From positions 64,001-118,187 of the IMG/VR virus record IMGVR_UViG_2821091796_000001: a DNA stretch of 54,187 bases. One strand, given 5' to 3'. The stretch comes from a virus (lineage: Duplodnaviria > Heunggongvirae > Uroviricota > Caudoviricetes). Below the pieces are notes generated by a model that did not search any database, was not told the origin of the DNA, and saw nothing but the letters and a program-made list of their open reading frames with translations. Below are positions 34,638 to 44,443 of this stretch, piece after piece (position 1 is the first letter of the stretch; each line of letters begins with the position of its first letter). The translations under genes and the position numbers were made by a program.

Positions 34638-35627
34638 ATGGCACTCAATCCCGCACTCATGAAGCTCGTTTCAAAAGCGTCTTCGAAATACAGCCGTTCC
34701 ACTGGAACGCGGATCAAGCCCAAGGAAGGTCGCAATCGCTACCGTGTCCTGGCACCAACCTCTCTAAATGCTCCTTGGATCGGCGAAGATGGTCAGTTCT
34801 GGGCCGATCTTGGCGTCCACTGGATCAAGGCTGAACTGAATGGTAAACCGCAGGCCGTCGTAGGCTGCCGCGACGTTTGCTATGGCGAGCCATGTGAACT
34901 TGATGCCGCAATCGATCTTGCGATCAATTCGGCGATCGATGAAGAGTCCAAGAAGATCTACACCGAATGGCGCGCCAAGAAGTCCATCCTGTTGAACGTG
35001 GTCGATCATGCCGGTTCCAAGGATGAATGCGCGATCCTTGAAGTCACGCCAACGACGTTTGCGCAGATCACCGATCTGATCCAGCAGTATGGAGAGAACG
35101 AAGTTGATATTACCGACCCGCAAAACGGTATGGATATCGTCATCACCAAGACCGGCAAGGGTCTGAACACCGAGTATTCGGTCAATGTGTTTCCAGGCAA
35201 AAGCGAGCCAATCAGCAAGGATGTGCTGACACGATTGCACGATCTGAAGGCGCACATCGAGAAGGAATTCTTCCGTGGCGATGAGAAGAAGGCTCTCGCC
35301 TTCATCGCTCAGACTTCTGGCGTTGCTCTTCCGCGCATCGGCGGCCCTGCAACAACCAAGCCTGGTCTGCTGACAACCGGCAAGTCAACGCCGACAAAGG
35401 CGCTCGTGTCGGAAGATGCGGCTGTTGACGACGCAGTGATCGATGACAGCACCGAGATCGACACTGATGTTGATCTGGACGCGCTCAATGAAGCGACGAC
35501 ACTGGTCAAGACCCCTGCCAAGCCAGTCACGAAAGCGGCTGTAAAGCCCGCGCCAGTAGCTGAACCGGAAGACGCTGACGATACGAGCCTCGACGACATT
35601 CTCGCTGACCTCGACAACATCGAATAA
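34638..35627 (+). CDS. gp32-like single-stranded DNA-binding protein
   Basis: GRNRYRVL, HW..., DPQNGMDIVITKTGKG..TEY core; acidic tail ending DDILADLDNIE. Confidence 0.75.
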   Translation: MALNPALMKLVSKASSKYSRSTGTRIKPKEGRNRYRVLAPTSLNAPWIGEDGQFWADLGVHWIKAELNGKPQAVVGCRDVCYGEPCELDAAIDLAINSAIDEESKKIYTEWRAKKSILLNVVDHAGSKDECAILEVTPTTFAQITDLIQQYGENEVDITDPQNGMDIVITKTGKGLNTEYSVNVFPGKSEPISKDVLTRLHDLKAHIEKEFFRGDEKKALAFIAQTSGVALPRIGGPATTKPGLLTTGKSTPTKALVSEDAAVDDAVIDDSTEIDTDVDLDALNEATTLVKTPAKPVTKAAVKPAPVAEPEDADDTSLDDILADLDNIE

Positions 35628-35672
35628 GACCTGCGAACTGGCTCGATTTCCCCCGGTTGAGCCAGTTTCGTC

Positions 35673-35715
35673 AAGGGCGGCACGTTTTAGTTTGATTAGC
35701 GTGCCGCCCTTTCTC
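35673..35715 (+). terminator. Strong hairpin / possible terminator after SSB
   Basis: AAGGGCGGCACG/CGTGCCGCCCTT 12-bp stem; a second hairpin at 35636-35667. Confidence 0.55.
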
Positions 35716-35737
35716 GTCTCAATCAGCAAGGTTTATT

Positions 35738-36703
35738 ATGAAGCGCTATCTCCTCATCGACGGCAACAATATCGCGCACGCTGCGAACGGCACGAAAAAC
35801 AAGCTCACTGTTGGCTCCGTCGAAACGACAGCGATCTTCGGGTTTTTGCGCCAGTTGCGCAAACAGATCTCCATCTATGGCCAGTTCACGCCGATCGTCC
35901 TTTGGGACGGTGCCTCCTGGCGCAAGATGCAATACAAGGACTACAAGGAAAACCGCGAAAAGAACGACACTGCGGCCGCCCAAAAGCAAAAGGCAGAGCG
36001 CGAGTCCACCAAAAAGCAGATCCCGGCAATTCAGAAGGCGCTGCAGCTCCTCGGCGTCACACAAATAAAGGCTGCAAACATGGAAGCGGACGATCTGGCT
36101 GCAATTTGCGCCGATCGTTACATTAAGCAGGGCGCTGGTGTCGTCCTGGTCTCGGGCGACAAAGATTGGCTGCAACTCGTTGGACCGAATTGCATGTGGT
36201 TCGATCCGATTAATGATCGCAAGGTCCGCACAGTCGCCGATCTTGCTGACGAGAAAAACAAGCTCGGTATCGCCGTCAAATCCTTCAAGCAATTTGTGGA
36301 AATGAAAGCGCTTATGGGCGACACAGGCGACAACATTCCTGGCGTCGGCGGTATTGGCGACAAAGGAGCAATGGAATTTCTGGCCGAGTTCGAGTCCTAT
36401 TCGAATTTCTCGAACATGTGCTTGACCGGCGAGGTTGACCTAAAGAAGCTGCCGAAGAAGTTCCGCGATCTTGCTGAAAGCGAGGACAAGCGGATCTTGT
36501 TCATGCGCAATCTCATGCTCATGGATCTTCGGCATCCCGCGCGTCCCGCGCCCATCAACCTGAAGGTTGATCCCGGCTCGCCAAGCATCGAAACCTTTAC
36601 TCTGTTTTGTCAGCGTCTCGTGTTCAAATCATTTTTGACTGACATTGAGAATTGGGTTTCGGTCTTTCCACCCTTCAAATACCGCGAGGCTGCCGCAGCA
36701 TGA
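35738..36703 (+). CDS. 5'-3' exonuclease / flap endonuclease (T4 RNase H / PolA 5'-exo-like)
   Basis: LIDGNN, WDG, YKENR, EADDL, SGDKDWLQL and GDTGDNIPGVGGIG motifs. Confidence 0.9.
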   Translation: MKRYLLIDGNNIAHAANGTKNKLTVGSVETTAIFGFLRQLRKQISIYGQFTPIVLWDGASWRKMQYKDYKENREKNDTAAAQKQKAERESTKKQIPAIQKALQLLGVTQIKAANMEADDLAAICADRYIKQGAGVVLVSGDKDWLQLVGPNCMWFDPINDRKVRTVADLADEKNKLGIAVKSFKQFVEMKALMGDTGDNIPGVGGIGDKGAMEFLAEFESYSNFSNMCLTGEVDLKKLPKKFRDLAESEDKRILFMRNLMLMDLRHPARPAPINLKVDPGSPSIETFTLFCQRLVFKSFLTDIENWVSVFPPFKYREAAAA

Positions 36704-37359
36704 CTTGGGATCCCGGCAAGGGTGAGCCGAGCGACGTTGATCTTCGCTCATTTGGATATGCCGGCGGTCATTACATGTGCAGATGCGCCAACGCCGACTG
36801 CACAACAATCTGCGAAATGTTTCCCAATCCAACGGGACGATTTTTCGGCGACAAGCGAGCTTCTCGCTGCCGTTCCTGCGCAATGAAAGCACATGAGGAA
36901 TATCATATGGCAAAATCAAACGTGACCGCGAAAGAGCGCGTTCAGCACTCAGTTCAAAAGGTTGCAGAAGCGCTCGAGACACTGACCAAAGCGTTCGAGA
37001 GCACTGACGAGACGCTGAAATCTGACGCTGCGAGCAAGACCTTCGCCTTCGTCTCGTCAATGGTGAGTGAAAGTCACCAGCGCGCCGCCCTGTCATTTAA
37101 CGTTTCCAAAGCGCGCTCCGGTCAGTTCGATCTTGACGACGAAACATTGGTTGCGCCGGCAGTCGCGCCGGTCATCCGGCCAATTGGCATAGCACCAGCG
37201 CAAACACCAAACGTCATAACCCTACCCTACAGCGTGCCGCCGCACATCGTTCTTGGCGAGGACGGTAAACCCGAGGGGCGTCTTGCAGGGTCAAAAGTGG
37301 AGAAGGTTTCCGCCGCCTTGCGCAAGGTAGATCCAGACGCAGATTTTCTTGAAGATTAA
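36700..37359 (+). CDS. Hypothetical protein; N-terminal Cys-rich module in frame with a second ORF starting at 36907
   Basis: ATGA overlap at 36700; GYAGGHYMCRC..C...GDKRASRCRSCA; internal GAGGA RBS + ATG at 36907. Confidence 0.55.
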   Translation: MTWDPGKGEPSDVDLRSFGYAGGHYMCRCANADCTTICEMFPNPTGRFFGDKRASRCRSCAMKAHEEYHMAKSNVTAKERVQHSVQKVAEALETLTKAFESTDETLKSDAASKTFAFVSSMVSESHQRAALSFNVSKARSGQFDLDDETLVAPAVAPVIRPIGIAPAQTPNVITLPYSVPPHIVLGEDGKPEGRLAGSKVEKVSAALRKVDPDADFLED

Positions 37360-37373
37360 TTGGAGAAGTAAAA

Positions 37374-38453
37374 ATGGCATCAGCCTCAGAAATTGAAAAG
37401 ACCATTAGTTCGGTCTTTGGCGGTAATGACGAAGAGTCCACGGTGACGCAGTTCCTCAGCACTGGCTATCCAGAGCTTGATCATGCGCTCTCCAGCAAGT
37501 GGGATGGCGGTGTTCCTGTAGGCCGCCTCATCGAAATCTATGGCCCTGAAAGCTCCGGCAAGACCGCGATTGCAACTCAGATCATGATCGCAGCACAGCA
37601 GATGGGCGGCTTTGCTGGCTTCAACGATCATGAACGCTCCTTTCAGCAGTATCTTGGCGAGGGTCAGGGACTCGACACCAGCGGCTCAAAGTTCATGTAT
37701 AAAAAGCCAAAGACCTTCGAAGAGTCGATGACACTGGCGATTCAGGTTGCAATTCTGCTTCGCGAGAAGAAACTGATTGCGCCTGACGCCCCGATCGCAT
37801 GGATCTTCGACAGTCTCGCCTCGATGGTGCCTCAGTCGGCCATGTTTGACAGCAAGACAAACAAGGAAAAGACCGCCGAGCAGCGCTCCATGCACGACAA
37901 CACCGCGTTGGCGCGCGCAACATCGGCTCACTTTCCGGCTTTTGCTCAGGCTTGCGATGATCTGAACATGTGCGCGGTGTTTCTCAATCAGATCCGCATG
38001 AACATTGGCGTGGTCTACGGCAATCCCGAGACAACACCAGGCGGCAAATCTCCGAAATTCTATTTCTCGCAACGTATCTCGCTCGGCGCTAAGCCGATCA
38101 AGAAGGACTCGACCGCTGATGCGGATGTTCTTGGCTCGCAGATCACGGCAAAGATCATCAAGAATAAGGTTGCTCGCCCCTTCCGTAAGGCGACCTATCG
38201 CTTCGACTACAATGAAGACGGCACCGGTCGCTTCAATGTGCACCGCTCGATGCTCGACTTCCTCGTGGCGGAGAAGATCCTCAAGGTCAGCGGCGCCTAT
38301 GTCGAATGGACTGACGGCAAGAAATACTTCCGGGGTCCGCTTTCTGAAAAGCTGATGGCTGATCCGGCCGGTCTTGATCAGCTCAAGGCGTTGCTGCCAG
38401 CCAAATACGAACCTCCGATCGTTGCGGACGTCGATATCGAAGAGGCCGCCTAA
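37374..38453 (+). CDS. recA: RecA/UvsX-like recombinase
   Basis: EIYGPESSGKT, DSLASMVP, FLNQIR, ETTPGG and KNKVARPF motifs. Confidence 0.92.
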   Translation: MASASEIEKTISSVFGGNDEESTVTQFLSTGYPELDHALSSKWDGGVPVGRLIEIYGPESSGKTAIATQIMIAAQQMGGFAGFNDHERSFQQYLGEGQGLDTSGSKFMYKKPKTFEESMTLAIQVAILLREKKLIAPDAPIAWIFDSLASMVPQSAMFDSKTNKEKTAEQRSMHDNTALARATSAHFPAFAQACDDLNMCAVFLNQIRMNIGVVYGNPETTPGGKSPKFYFSQRISLGAKPIKKDSTADADVLGSQITAKIIKNKVARPFRKATYRFDYNEDGTGRFNVHRSMLDFLVAEKILKVSGAYVEWTDGKKYFRGPLSEKLMADPAGLDQLKALLPAKYEPPIVADVDIEEAA

Positions 38454-38459
38454 CTAAAC

Positions 38460-38482
38460 TGACCCGCTCTCGCAGCGGGTCA
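38460..38482 (+). terminator. Hairpin after recA
   Basis: TGACCCGCT/AGCGGGTCA stem; weak T tail. Confidence 0.4.
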
Positions 38483-38498
38483 ATTCTCTGGAGGATGA

Positions 38499-38729
38499 AT
38501 GCAAAGATACATGGTGAGGTTAGAGCGTAGCATTACGGCCAAACCACACGTCACAGTCGAAGTTGATGCTCACAATCCCGATGAAGCTGGAATAAAGGCG
38601 CTGCAACTTGCAAAGGCAAACGCCCTTGAATGGACAGAGGCGCTCGGCGATCAGGTTTCATCGACAATTCCCACGGTTCAATCCATCGAATTGGTCGTCG
38701 ATTATGACGATGTAATTGATGAGCGGTGA
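38499..38729 (+). CDS. Hypothetical protein
   Basis: GGAGG RBS, 76 aa. Confidence 0.6.
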   Translation: MQRYMVRLERSITAKPHVTVEVDAHNPDEAGIKALQLAKANALEWTEALGDQVSSTIPTVQSIELVVDYDDVIDER

Positions 38730-38746
38730 ACGTCTTCCCGAAAGTA

Positions 38747-38772
38747 GTATTCCCGTTTCGTTCTGCTATATA
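38747..38772 (+). promoter_or_regulatory. Phage-type promoter (upstream of ASCH gene)
   Basis: GTATTCC-N11-GCTATATA. Confidence 0.72.
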
Positions 38773-38807
38773 GATGAGTGGATTATCGGGCACAGATCGG
38801 ATCGGGA

Positions 38808-39293
38808 ATGAAGGTTATTTCAGTATGGCAGCCGTGGGCTTCTCTTATAGTTCATGGCATGAAATTCTTTGAGACTCGCACATGGTCAGCACCCAAAAGT
38901 ATTATTGGTCAAACGATAGGTATCGCCGCGACCAAGAACATCACGCCGGATCAGCGTTCGGCTTATGCCGATCCAGAGTTTCAACGCTTTTACGAACAAT
39001 GTGGCCTGCCGCCGCTCGAGGAACTGCCGCGCGCTGTTCTGCTTGGAACGGTGCTGCTGGATTCAGTCGAGCTGATCACCGAGGACTTTCTCGAGGAAAT
39101 CACGGACGAAGAGAAGGCGTTTGGCTGGCACCAGTTAGGCGGTTACGCCTGGCGCCTGCGCTATGCGCGACAGTTGCCGCATCCCATTCCCATCCAAGGG
39201 AAACAAGGAATCTATGACTGGAAAGGTTTCGACAAGCTACAGCCGGTATTGGAGAAACCGGAAGACGTTCGAGCGTATCTCCAGGTCGTGTAA
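38808..39293 (+). CDS. ASCH-domain protein
   Basis: MKVISVWQPWASLIVHGMKFFETRTW and GKQGIY ASCH signature. Confidence 0.85.
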   Translation: MKVISVWQPWASLIVHGMKFFETRTWSAPKSIIGQTIGIAATKNITPDQRSAYADPEFQRFYEQCGLPPLEELPRAVLLGTVLLDSVELITEDFLEEITDEEKAFGWHQLGGYAWRLRYARQLPHPIPIQGKQGIYDWKGFDKLQPVLEKPEDVRAYLQVV

Positions 39294-39317
39294 TTATCAA
39301 AAACGGGAAGAAAACAC

Positions 39318-39767
39318 ATGTATTACGGTAAAATCGATGTTTCCAAGCAGTGGGTAGGAAACAAAGAGAGTTCGCGGCAACAGCCCCATGGACGGTCCAT
39401 CGTTGTCATTGCTCCCAACAAAGCGGACGGCGAAGCACTGCTCAGCGATGCTTATGGGCCATTCGTTTCGGAAAGTGATCTCAACTCTGCATTCTTTCAA
39501 GGCGAGCCTCGAGATAAAATTGAGGGCTGGCTCAAAGCAGAGAACGGTTTGGCAAAGACAAAAGAGACCGAACTGCTGATTGCGGGAAATCGCCTGCTTA
39601 AAGGTATCTCTATTATCGCGATCCTTGTCCAAATGGATGGCGAAAACGATCCGTTGCAGACGCTCATCAGGGTGAAGAGCGGCGAACAAATCAAACATCT
39701 TGCTCTCGAGGATCTCGGCACGGTGCAGCTCTTCGATTTGGTTGAAACTATTGAGGGGCTCTTCTGA
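39318..39767 (+). CDS. Hypothetical protein
   Basis: 149-aa co-oriented ORF with RBS. Confidence 0.6.
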   Translation: MYYGKIDVSKQWVGNKESSRQQPHGRSIVVIAPNKADGEALLSDAYGPFVSESDLNSAFFQGEPRDKIEGWLKAENGLAKTKETELLIAGNRLLKGISIIAILVQMDGENDPLQTLIRVKSGEQIKHLALEDLGTVQLFDLVETIEGLF

Positions 39768-39779
39768 GTTAGGTGCCAT

Positions 39780-40199
39780 ATGACTTACGCAATTCGCAGG
39801 AAGCTCAAAAAGAACTTCGGTGAGGAGAAGGTCAAGAAAGGCCGGCGGACATATGGCGCGATATACACCCGCCCTGACGGCTCCAGGTTCTATCTCGCCT
39901 GGCGCCGGAAGGGAGGATTGTTTCGCGATGGTGAGCTGACGGACTCAGCGGCTTTTCGCGAGAAAAAGGCTATGTGGGCGCTCGACTTCGAAACCATCAC
40001 GATGCTCCGGCTTAAGGGCATCGAACATGTGGGCATTCTCGATCACACCAGTGGCGATATCTGGATCACTCGGCTCTGGTATTATCTCAACAAGTGTTGC
40101 GCTCCTCCCCGCAATTATACGGCGCGCGGTGGATCCGATCAGCGCTTTCTTCCCACCTATTATTTCAAGCGCAGACTCGGCCCGGTTAAAATAAAATAG
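39780..40199 (+). CDS. Hypothetical basic protein
   Basis: 139 aa, AGGT RBS. Confidence 0.6.
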   Translation: MTYAIRRKLKKNFGEEKVKKGRRTYGAIYTRPDGSRFYLAWRRKGGLFRDGELTDSAAFREKKAMWALDFETITMLRLKGIEHVGILDHTSGDIWITRLWYYLNKCCAPPRNYTARGGSDQRFLPTYYFKRRLGPVKIK

Positions 40200-40218
40200 T
40201 CAATCAATGATGATTTAC
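40199..40218. promoter_or_regulatory. Palindromic operator copy 13
   Basis: GTCAATCAATGATGATTTAC. Confidence 0.85.
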
Positions 40219-40223
40219 CTGAT

Positions 40224-40249
40224 GCACTCCTGATTGAACGCGCTATAAA
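40224..40249 (+). promoter_or_regulatory. Phage-type promoter flanked by two operators
   Basis: GCACTCC-N11-GCTATAAA. Confidence 0.75.
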
Positions 40250-40268
40250 TAAATCATCATTGATTGAT
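40249..40268. promoter_or_regulatory. Palindromic operator copy 14
   Basis: ATAAATCATCATTGATTGAT. Confidence 0.85.
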
Positions 40269-40288
40269 GACACACAGAGAGAAAGACT

Positions 40289-40780
40289 ATGGCATCAGGC
40301 GACGACATGATGAAGCTCGACACTGGCGAGCAAATTAAGAAATCCACATTCTTCGCGATCTTCAAAGGGGGTGAGAAGAAGGGCAGACGGAAGGCAGCCG
40401 TTTCCTCCGTGAGGCCATTCACGGTCACGCTTCGCGGTCAAAGCTTTACCATCGATGCAGAAGAACCGAGTCTCATCCGCGGGATCATTAACGAACTCGA
40501 CCGCGAATACATGGAGCTCCAAGAAAAGCATCGGAAGGCGGCGGCTGAACTTACGGCCGCACGCAGTTTCTTAATGAACATGCGGTCTCTCAAACCTCGT
40601 GTTCGCGTCAAGGCCGGTAGTTCAACCGTTGGTGAATCTGCCGTCGTTCTTCCACTCAAGCGCTCACGCCGCGATCTATCACATCTGACGCAGGAGGAGA
40701 GAGCAGAGGAGAAACGCCTCTATCGCAAGCGCTATTACCGCACAATCACCAAGCCGCGCAGGAAAGGTCTGGCAGCATGA
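40289..40780 (+). CDS. Hypothetical basic protein with coiled coil
   Basis: ACACAGAGAG leader; ATGA overlap with next gene. Confidence 0.62.
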   Translation: MASGDDMMKLDTGEQIKKSTFFAIFKGGEKKGRRKAAVSSVRPFTVTLRGQSFTIDAEEPSLIRGIINELDREYMELQEKHRKAAAELTAARSFLMNMRSLKPRVRVKAGSSTVGESAVVLPLKRSRRDLSHLTQEERAEEKRLYRKRYYRTITKPRRKGLAA

Positions 40781-41877
40781 CATACGGAATCGTGTCCGAT
40801 CTTCACTGTCACAAGTGGAGCGTCTTTTCGACAACCAGCGGCGACGGAGTGAACTCTCGTCTCCGCATCATCCTGGACGAGCTGGAATCGGCCGCCGGTG
40901 CGATCGGCGCGGCCGGCGGGAACACTCTTATTATTGCTGGCGACATCAATCACGTTCGCGGCTCACTCGATCCGGAAGTTCTCAATCCTCTGCAGGATTC
41001 GATCCGGCGCATTCTCGACAGCGGCGTTAATATCTACTTCATTCCAGGCAACCACGATCTTGCCGGCGAGGAAACGACAATGCTCGGCTCGACCGCGCAG
41101 ACACTGTCCGAGACATTCTCGTCGGAAGGAACGATAACAGCGATCAACACGTCTCGCCTGGTCAAGAGCGGCGACAGTCACTTCGCGTTCGTTCCGTGGT
41201 GTTCAACAACCGAGAAATTGCTCGCGGAAATACAGAAGCTCTCTGAAAAGGCCCTACTCGATGGAACACTCGCGAAAACCGACCTGATCATTCACGCCGG
41301 TATAGACGGTGTTCTTGATCACATGCCCTCGCGTGGATTGACTGCTGCGCGTCTTGCCACATTCGGCTTTCGCTACGTATTCGCTGGCCATTATCACAAT
41401 CACAAGGATCTCGGTTCTGGCGTTTACTCGATCGGCGCAACGACCCATCAGTCATGGAGCGACGTAGGTGCCTTGGCAGGCTGGATACTCGTCGGCGAAG
41501 ACGCAGAGGTCGTTCATGTTTCTTCATGCGCGCCGGCCTTCGTTGATGTGTCCGAACTTGATGAGGAACTGACGAAGGAAGTCTGCAAAGGCAATTACAT
41601 TCGCTATCGCGGCATGGAAATGACGAGCGCAGAACTCAAGGAAAAGCGGCAACTCTTTGTCGACAATGGTGCATTGGGTGTTTCGATTCAGGCGCCGAAG
41701 AAAGCTGCGGCAACACGCACTACTACGCCCACCTCGTCCGGTATGAGTATTGATAAGTCAGTCGCGAAGTATGTCGATGAGTGGAAAGAAATTCCAACTC
41801 ATGTAAGTCGCGACGAAGTCAAGAAGCTATGCTTGGAAATTCTCGCATCAACCTTAGCAGTGCACGAGGAAGCCTAA
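40777..41877 (+). CDS. SbcD/Mre11/gp47-like nuclease
   Basis: SDLH, AGDI, PGNHD, IIHA and AGHYH phosphoesterase motifs. Confidence 0.88.
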   Translation: MTYGIVSDLHCHKWSVFSTTSGDGVNSRLRIILDELESAAGAIGAAGGNTLIIAGDINHVRGSLDPEVLNPLQDSIRRILDSGVNIYFIPGNHDLAGEETTMLGSTAQTLSETFSSEGTITAINTSRLVKSGDSHFAFVPWCSTTEKLLAEIQKLSEKALLDGTLAKTDLIIHAGIDGVLDHMPSRGLTAARLATFGFRYVFAGHYHNHKDLGSGVYSIGATTHQSWSDVGALAGWILVGEDAEVVHVSSCAPAFVDVSELDEELTKEVCKGNYIRYRGMEMTSAELKEKRQLFVDNGALGVSIQAPKKAAATRTTTPTSSGMSIDKSVAKYVDEWKEIPTHVSRDEVKKLCLEILASTLAVHEEA

Positions 41878-41931
41878 AGAGTCCCGTTTTTGCTCGTGTT
41901 ATACTTTTAACATAAGCACAGGAGAGAAATA

Positions 41932-42261
41932 TTGGAACTTTATACTGTAATAATCCAAGAGGCTCGCATTGTATCAAGCTTTGACGCAAGGGGTAAAAAG
42001 GTTGGCGAAGAGACAAAGATGGTTGAAGTGACCATCAATGCCCTGCCCTACTCCACGGCTCAGATGTATAAATCGACCGATCCGCACGGCACATGCAAGA
42101 TCATTCCTTACGTTCGCGAGACATCACGCTCCAGTCGCGACAAGGCTCCACTTAAGCTGACCTTCGGCACAAGCAAAACGAAGGGGTTCGGATCTACCTC
42201 GAAATCAAAAGTAGTGACCGCTGCCGAACGCGGCGATCTTGCTGCTGCTATTAGCTCATAG
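41932..42261 (+). CDS. Hypothetical protein ending AAERGDLAAAISS
   Basis: TTG start with GGAGAG RBS. Confidence 0.6.
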   Translation: MELYTVIIQEARIVSSFDARGKKVGEETKMVEVTINALPYSTAQMYKSTDPHGTCKIIPYVRETSRSSRDKAPLKLTFGTSKTKGFGSTSKSKVVTAAERGDLAAAISS

Positions 42262-42272
42262 GATTGCCGGGA

Positions 42273-42497
42273 ATGGCTGATTGGGTTGTTCAAACGCGTG
42301 GTCGCTACGCTGGTCGAATAGGAACTGTCCAGCTCGACGATGATCTCGGATTTAAGCACGTTCGATTTGGGCCACGCGACCCGATCGTGATGTTGCGCGA
42401 CGCATCGTTGCGCCAAGCCACACAAACAGAAATTGCAGATCGCCTGGGCTGCCGAGTTCAAGACTTGCCGCCCTACCTGAAGGATGCGCCGAAATGA
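42273..42497 (+). CDS. Small hypothetical protein (possible C-terminal HTH)
   Basis: ATQTEIADRLGC; ATGA overlap with SbcC-like gene. Confidence 0.5.
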   Translation: MADWVVQTRGRYAGRIGTVQLDDDLGFKHVRFGPRDPIVMLRDASLRQATQTEIADRLGCRVQDLPPYLKDAPK

Positions 42498-44434
42498 AAT
42501 TCACCCTACTCAAAATCGAGAACTTCCTCGCTATCACAGAAGCCGAGTTTAGGCTGCATGATCGCGGCCTGGTTCTCATTCAAGGCGTCAATAAAGCCGA
42601 TACGTCAGCTGACTCCAATGGCGCCGGGAAATCGTCTCTTCCAGATGCCTTATGTTGGGTGCTTTACGGTATCACAGCCCGAGACGCATCTGGTGACGAA
42701 GTGATCAACGATAGGGCTGGCAAGGGCACGAAGGTTTCGGTTGATGTGGAAGATGACGAGGATATCTATCGGGTCATCCGGCATCGCAAGCACCCCAAGG
42801 GCAAGAATGCGCTTCATCTGCTGCATCTGCAGAAGGACGGAACGATCAATGACCTGACGCAAGGCACGGACAAGCTGACTCAGGCGAAGGTCAACACGAT
42901 CATTGGCGCATCCCACGATGTGTTCAAGTCCTCGATCTACGCGGCGCAGGAGCAAATGCCTGATCTTCCTAAGATGACGGATAAGATGCTCAAGATGCTT
43001 ATCGAGGAAGCATCCGGAGTGACGGTGCTCGAGGAATCCTACAAGCTTGCGCGAGACAAGCTGACGACTGAGCGCGGCACGCGTGACGCTATCGCCCAGC
43101 AGATCGAAAAACTCACTGAGAAAAAGGACTGGCACGAGCGCAACAAGACTTCGCTTCAGGATCAGATCGACGGGTGGGAGGAGAACCGCAGTGAAAGCGT
43201 CACGAGTGGCACCGCAGAACTGAAACAGCACGTTGAGGATGTAAAGGCACTCGACGAAGAGATTGCAGCAGCCGGCCATGCGGTTCTCGCCGCTGCAGTA
43301 AAAGAATGCGACGACAAAATCCTTGCGGTATCCGAAGAGCAGAAGCAGCTCATGCAGCTGAATCAGAAGGTCGCCCAAGCCACGTCAACGGTTAACCTGA
43401 CGCGGATGGAAGCCAAGCAGACGCAGGATGCTCATGCGCGGCAAAAGGGGAAGATCGCGGCTATCGATCATAGAGTTGGCTGCCCATGCGACGAATGCGG
43501 CCGCGAAATCACCGAAGCCGAGATCGAGGCCTCCCGCGTCTCTGCAATGGGTGTCTTGAAAACGCTCGTAGACAATTTCACGACACAGAAGAACGCATTG
43601 GAAGACGCACGTAAAGCGCTGACGTTGATCACTGACAAGCGCGACGCGTTTGAAGCGACAATGACAGACATCTCAGCGGTTAGCGCTCTGCGTGCTGCTA
43701 AACAGCGAGAGCTCGATGCGGTTAACGAGGTGATCGTAAAGCGGCGCAACCTTGCGCAAAAAGCTAAGGATCTGGCAGAGGCAATCAAGACCCTCAAAGC
43801 GCAAGAAAACCCGCATCGTTTAGGTATCACTAAGATTGACCGCGAACTTCTAACAATTTCTGCAGAGATTTGTAAGGCATCCGAACAATTACGGTTGGCG
43901 GAGGGCACCGTGGATATAGCGGAAACGGTTGTTAAAGTGTTTTCACCCTCCGGCGTTCGTGCTCATATCTTGGATGAGGTCACACCTTATCTAAATCAGC
44001 AAACAGCCAAGTATCTGTCGATCATGTCCGATAGCAATATCGAGGCAACTTGGACCACGCTGGTTAAGAACGCAAAAGGGGAACTGCGTGAAAACTTCGC
44101 AATCGAGGTTGCGAATGAGAAGGGAGGCAAGTCTTTCAGATTATTGTCCGGAGGAGAGAAGCGTAAGGTCCGTATTTCGGCGGCCCTTGCACTACAGGAT
44201 CTTGTCGCCACGCGCGCCAGGAAACCCATCGAGCTTTTCATCGGCGATGAAATCGATGATGCTCTTGATGCGGCCGGTCTGGAGCGACTGACGCAGATCC
44301 TAGAGGAGAAAGCCACTGAACGCGGATCCGTGTTCATTATTTCACATAACTCCTTGCGTGACTGGGTGTCTCAAATCATCACCATACAGAAAGAGGTCGG
44401 TGGCGAGACCACCCTGATTGAGGAGACTGTTTAG
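42494..44434 (+). CDS. SbcC/Rad50/gp46-like ABC ATPase
   Basis: SNGAGKSS Walker A, coiled coil with CPCDEC zinc hook, LSGGE signature, IGDEI Walker B. Confidence 0.9.
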   Translation: MKFTLLKIENFLAITEAEFRLHDRGLVLIQGVNKADTSADSNGAGKSSLPDALCWVLYGITARDASGDEVINDRAGKGTKVSVDVEDDEDIYRVIRHRKHPKGKNALHLLHLQKDGTINDLTQGTDKLTQAKVNTIIGASHDVFKSSIYAAQEQMPDLPKMTDKMLKMLIEEASGVTVLEESYKLARDKLTTERGTRDAIAQQIEKLTEKKDWHERNKTSLQDQIDGWEENRSESVTSGTAELKQHVEDVKALDEEIAAAGHAVLAAAVKECDDKILAVSEEQKQLMQLNQKVAQATSTVNLTRMEAKQTQDAHARQKGKIAAIDHRVGCPCDECGREITEAEIEASRVSAMGVLKTLVDNFTTQKNALEDARKALTLITDKRDAFEATMTDISAVSALRAAKQRELDAVNEVIVKRRNLAQKAKDLAEAIKTLKAQENPHRLGITKIDRELLTISAEICKASEQLRLAEGTVDIAETVVKVFSPSGVRAHILDEVTPYLNQQTAKYLSIMSDSNIEATWTTLVKNAKGELRENFAIEVANEKGGKSFRLLSGGEKRKVRISAALALQDLVATRARKPIELFIGDEIDDALDAAGLERLTQILEEKATERGSVFIISHNSLRDWVSQIITIQKEVGGETTLIEETV

Positions 44435-44443
44435 GAGGCGTAA

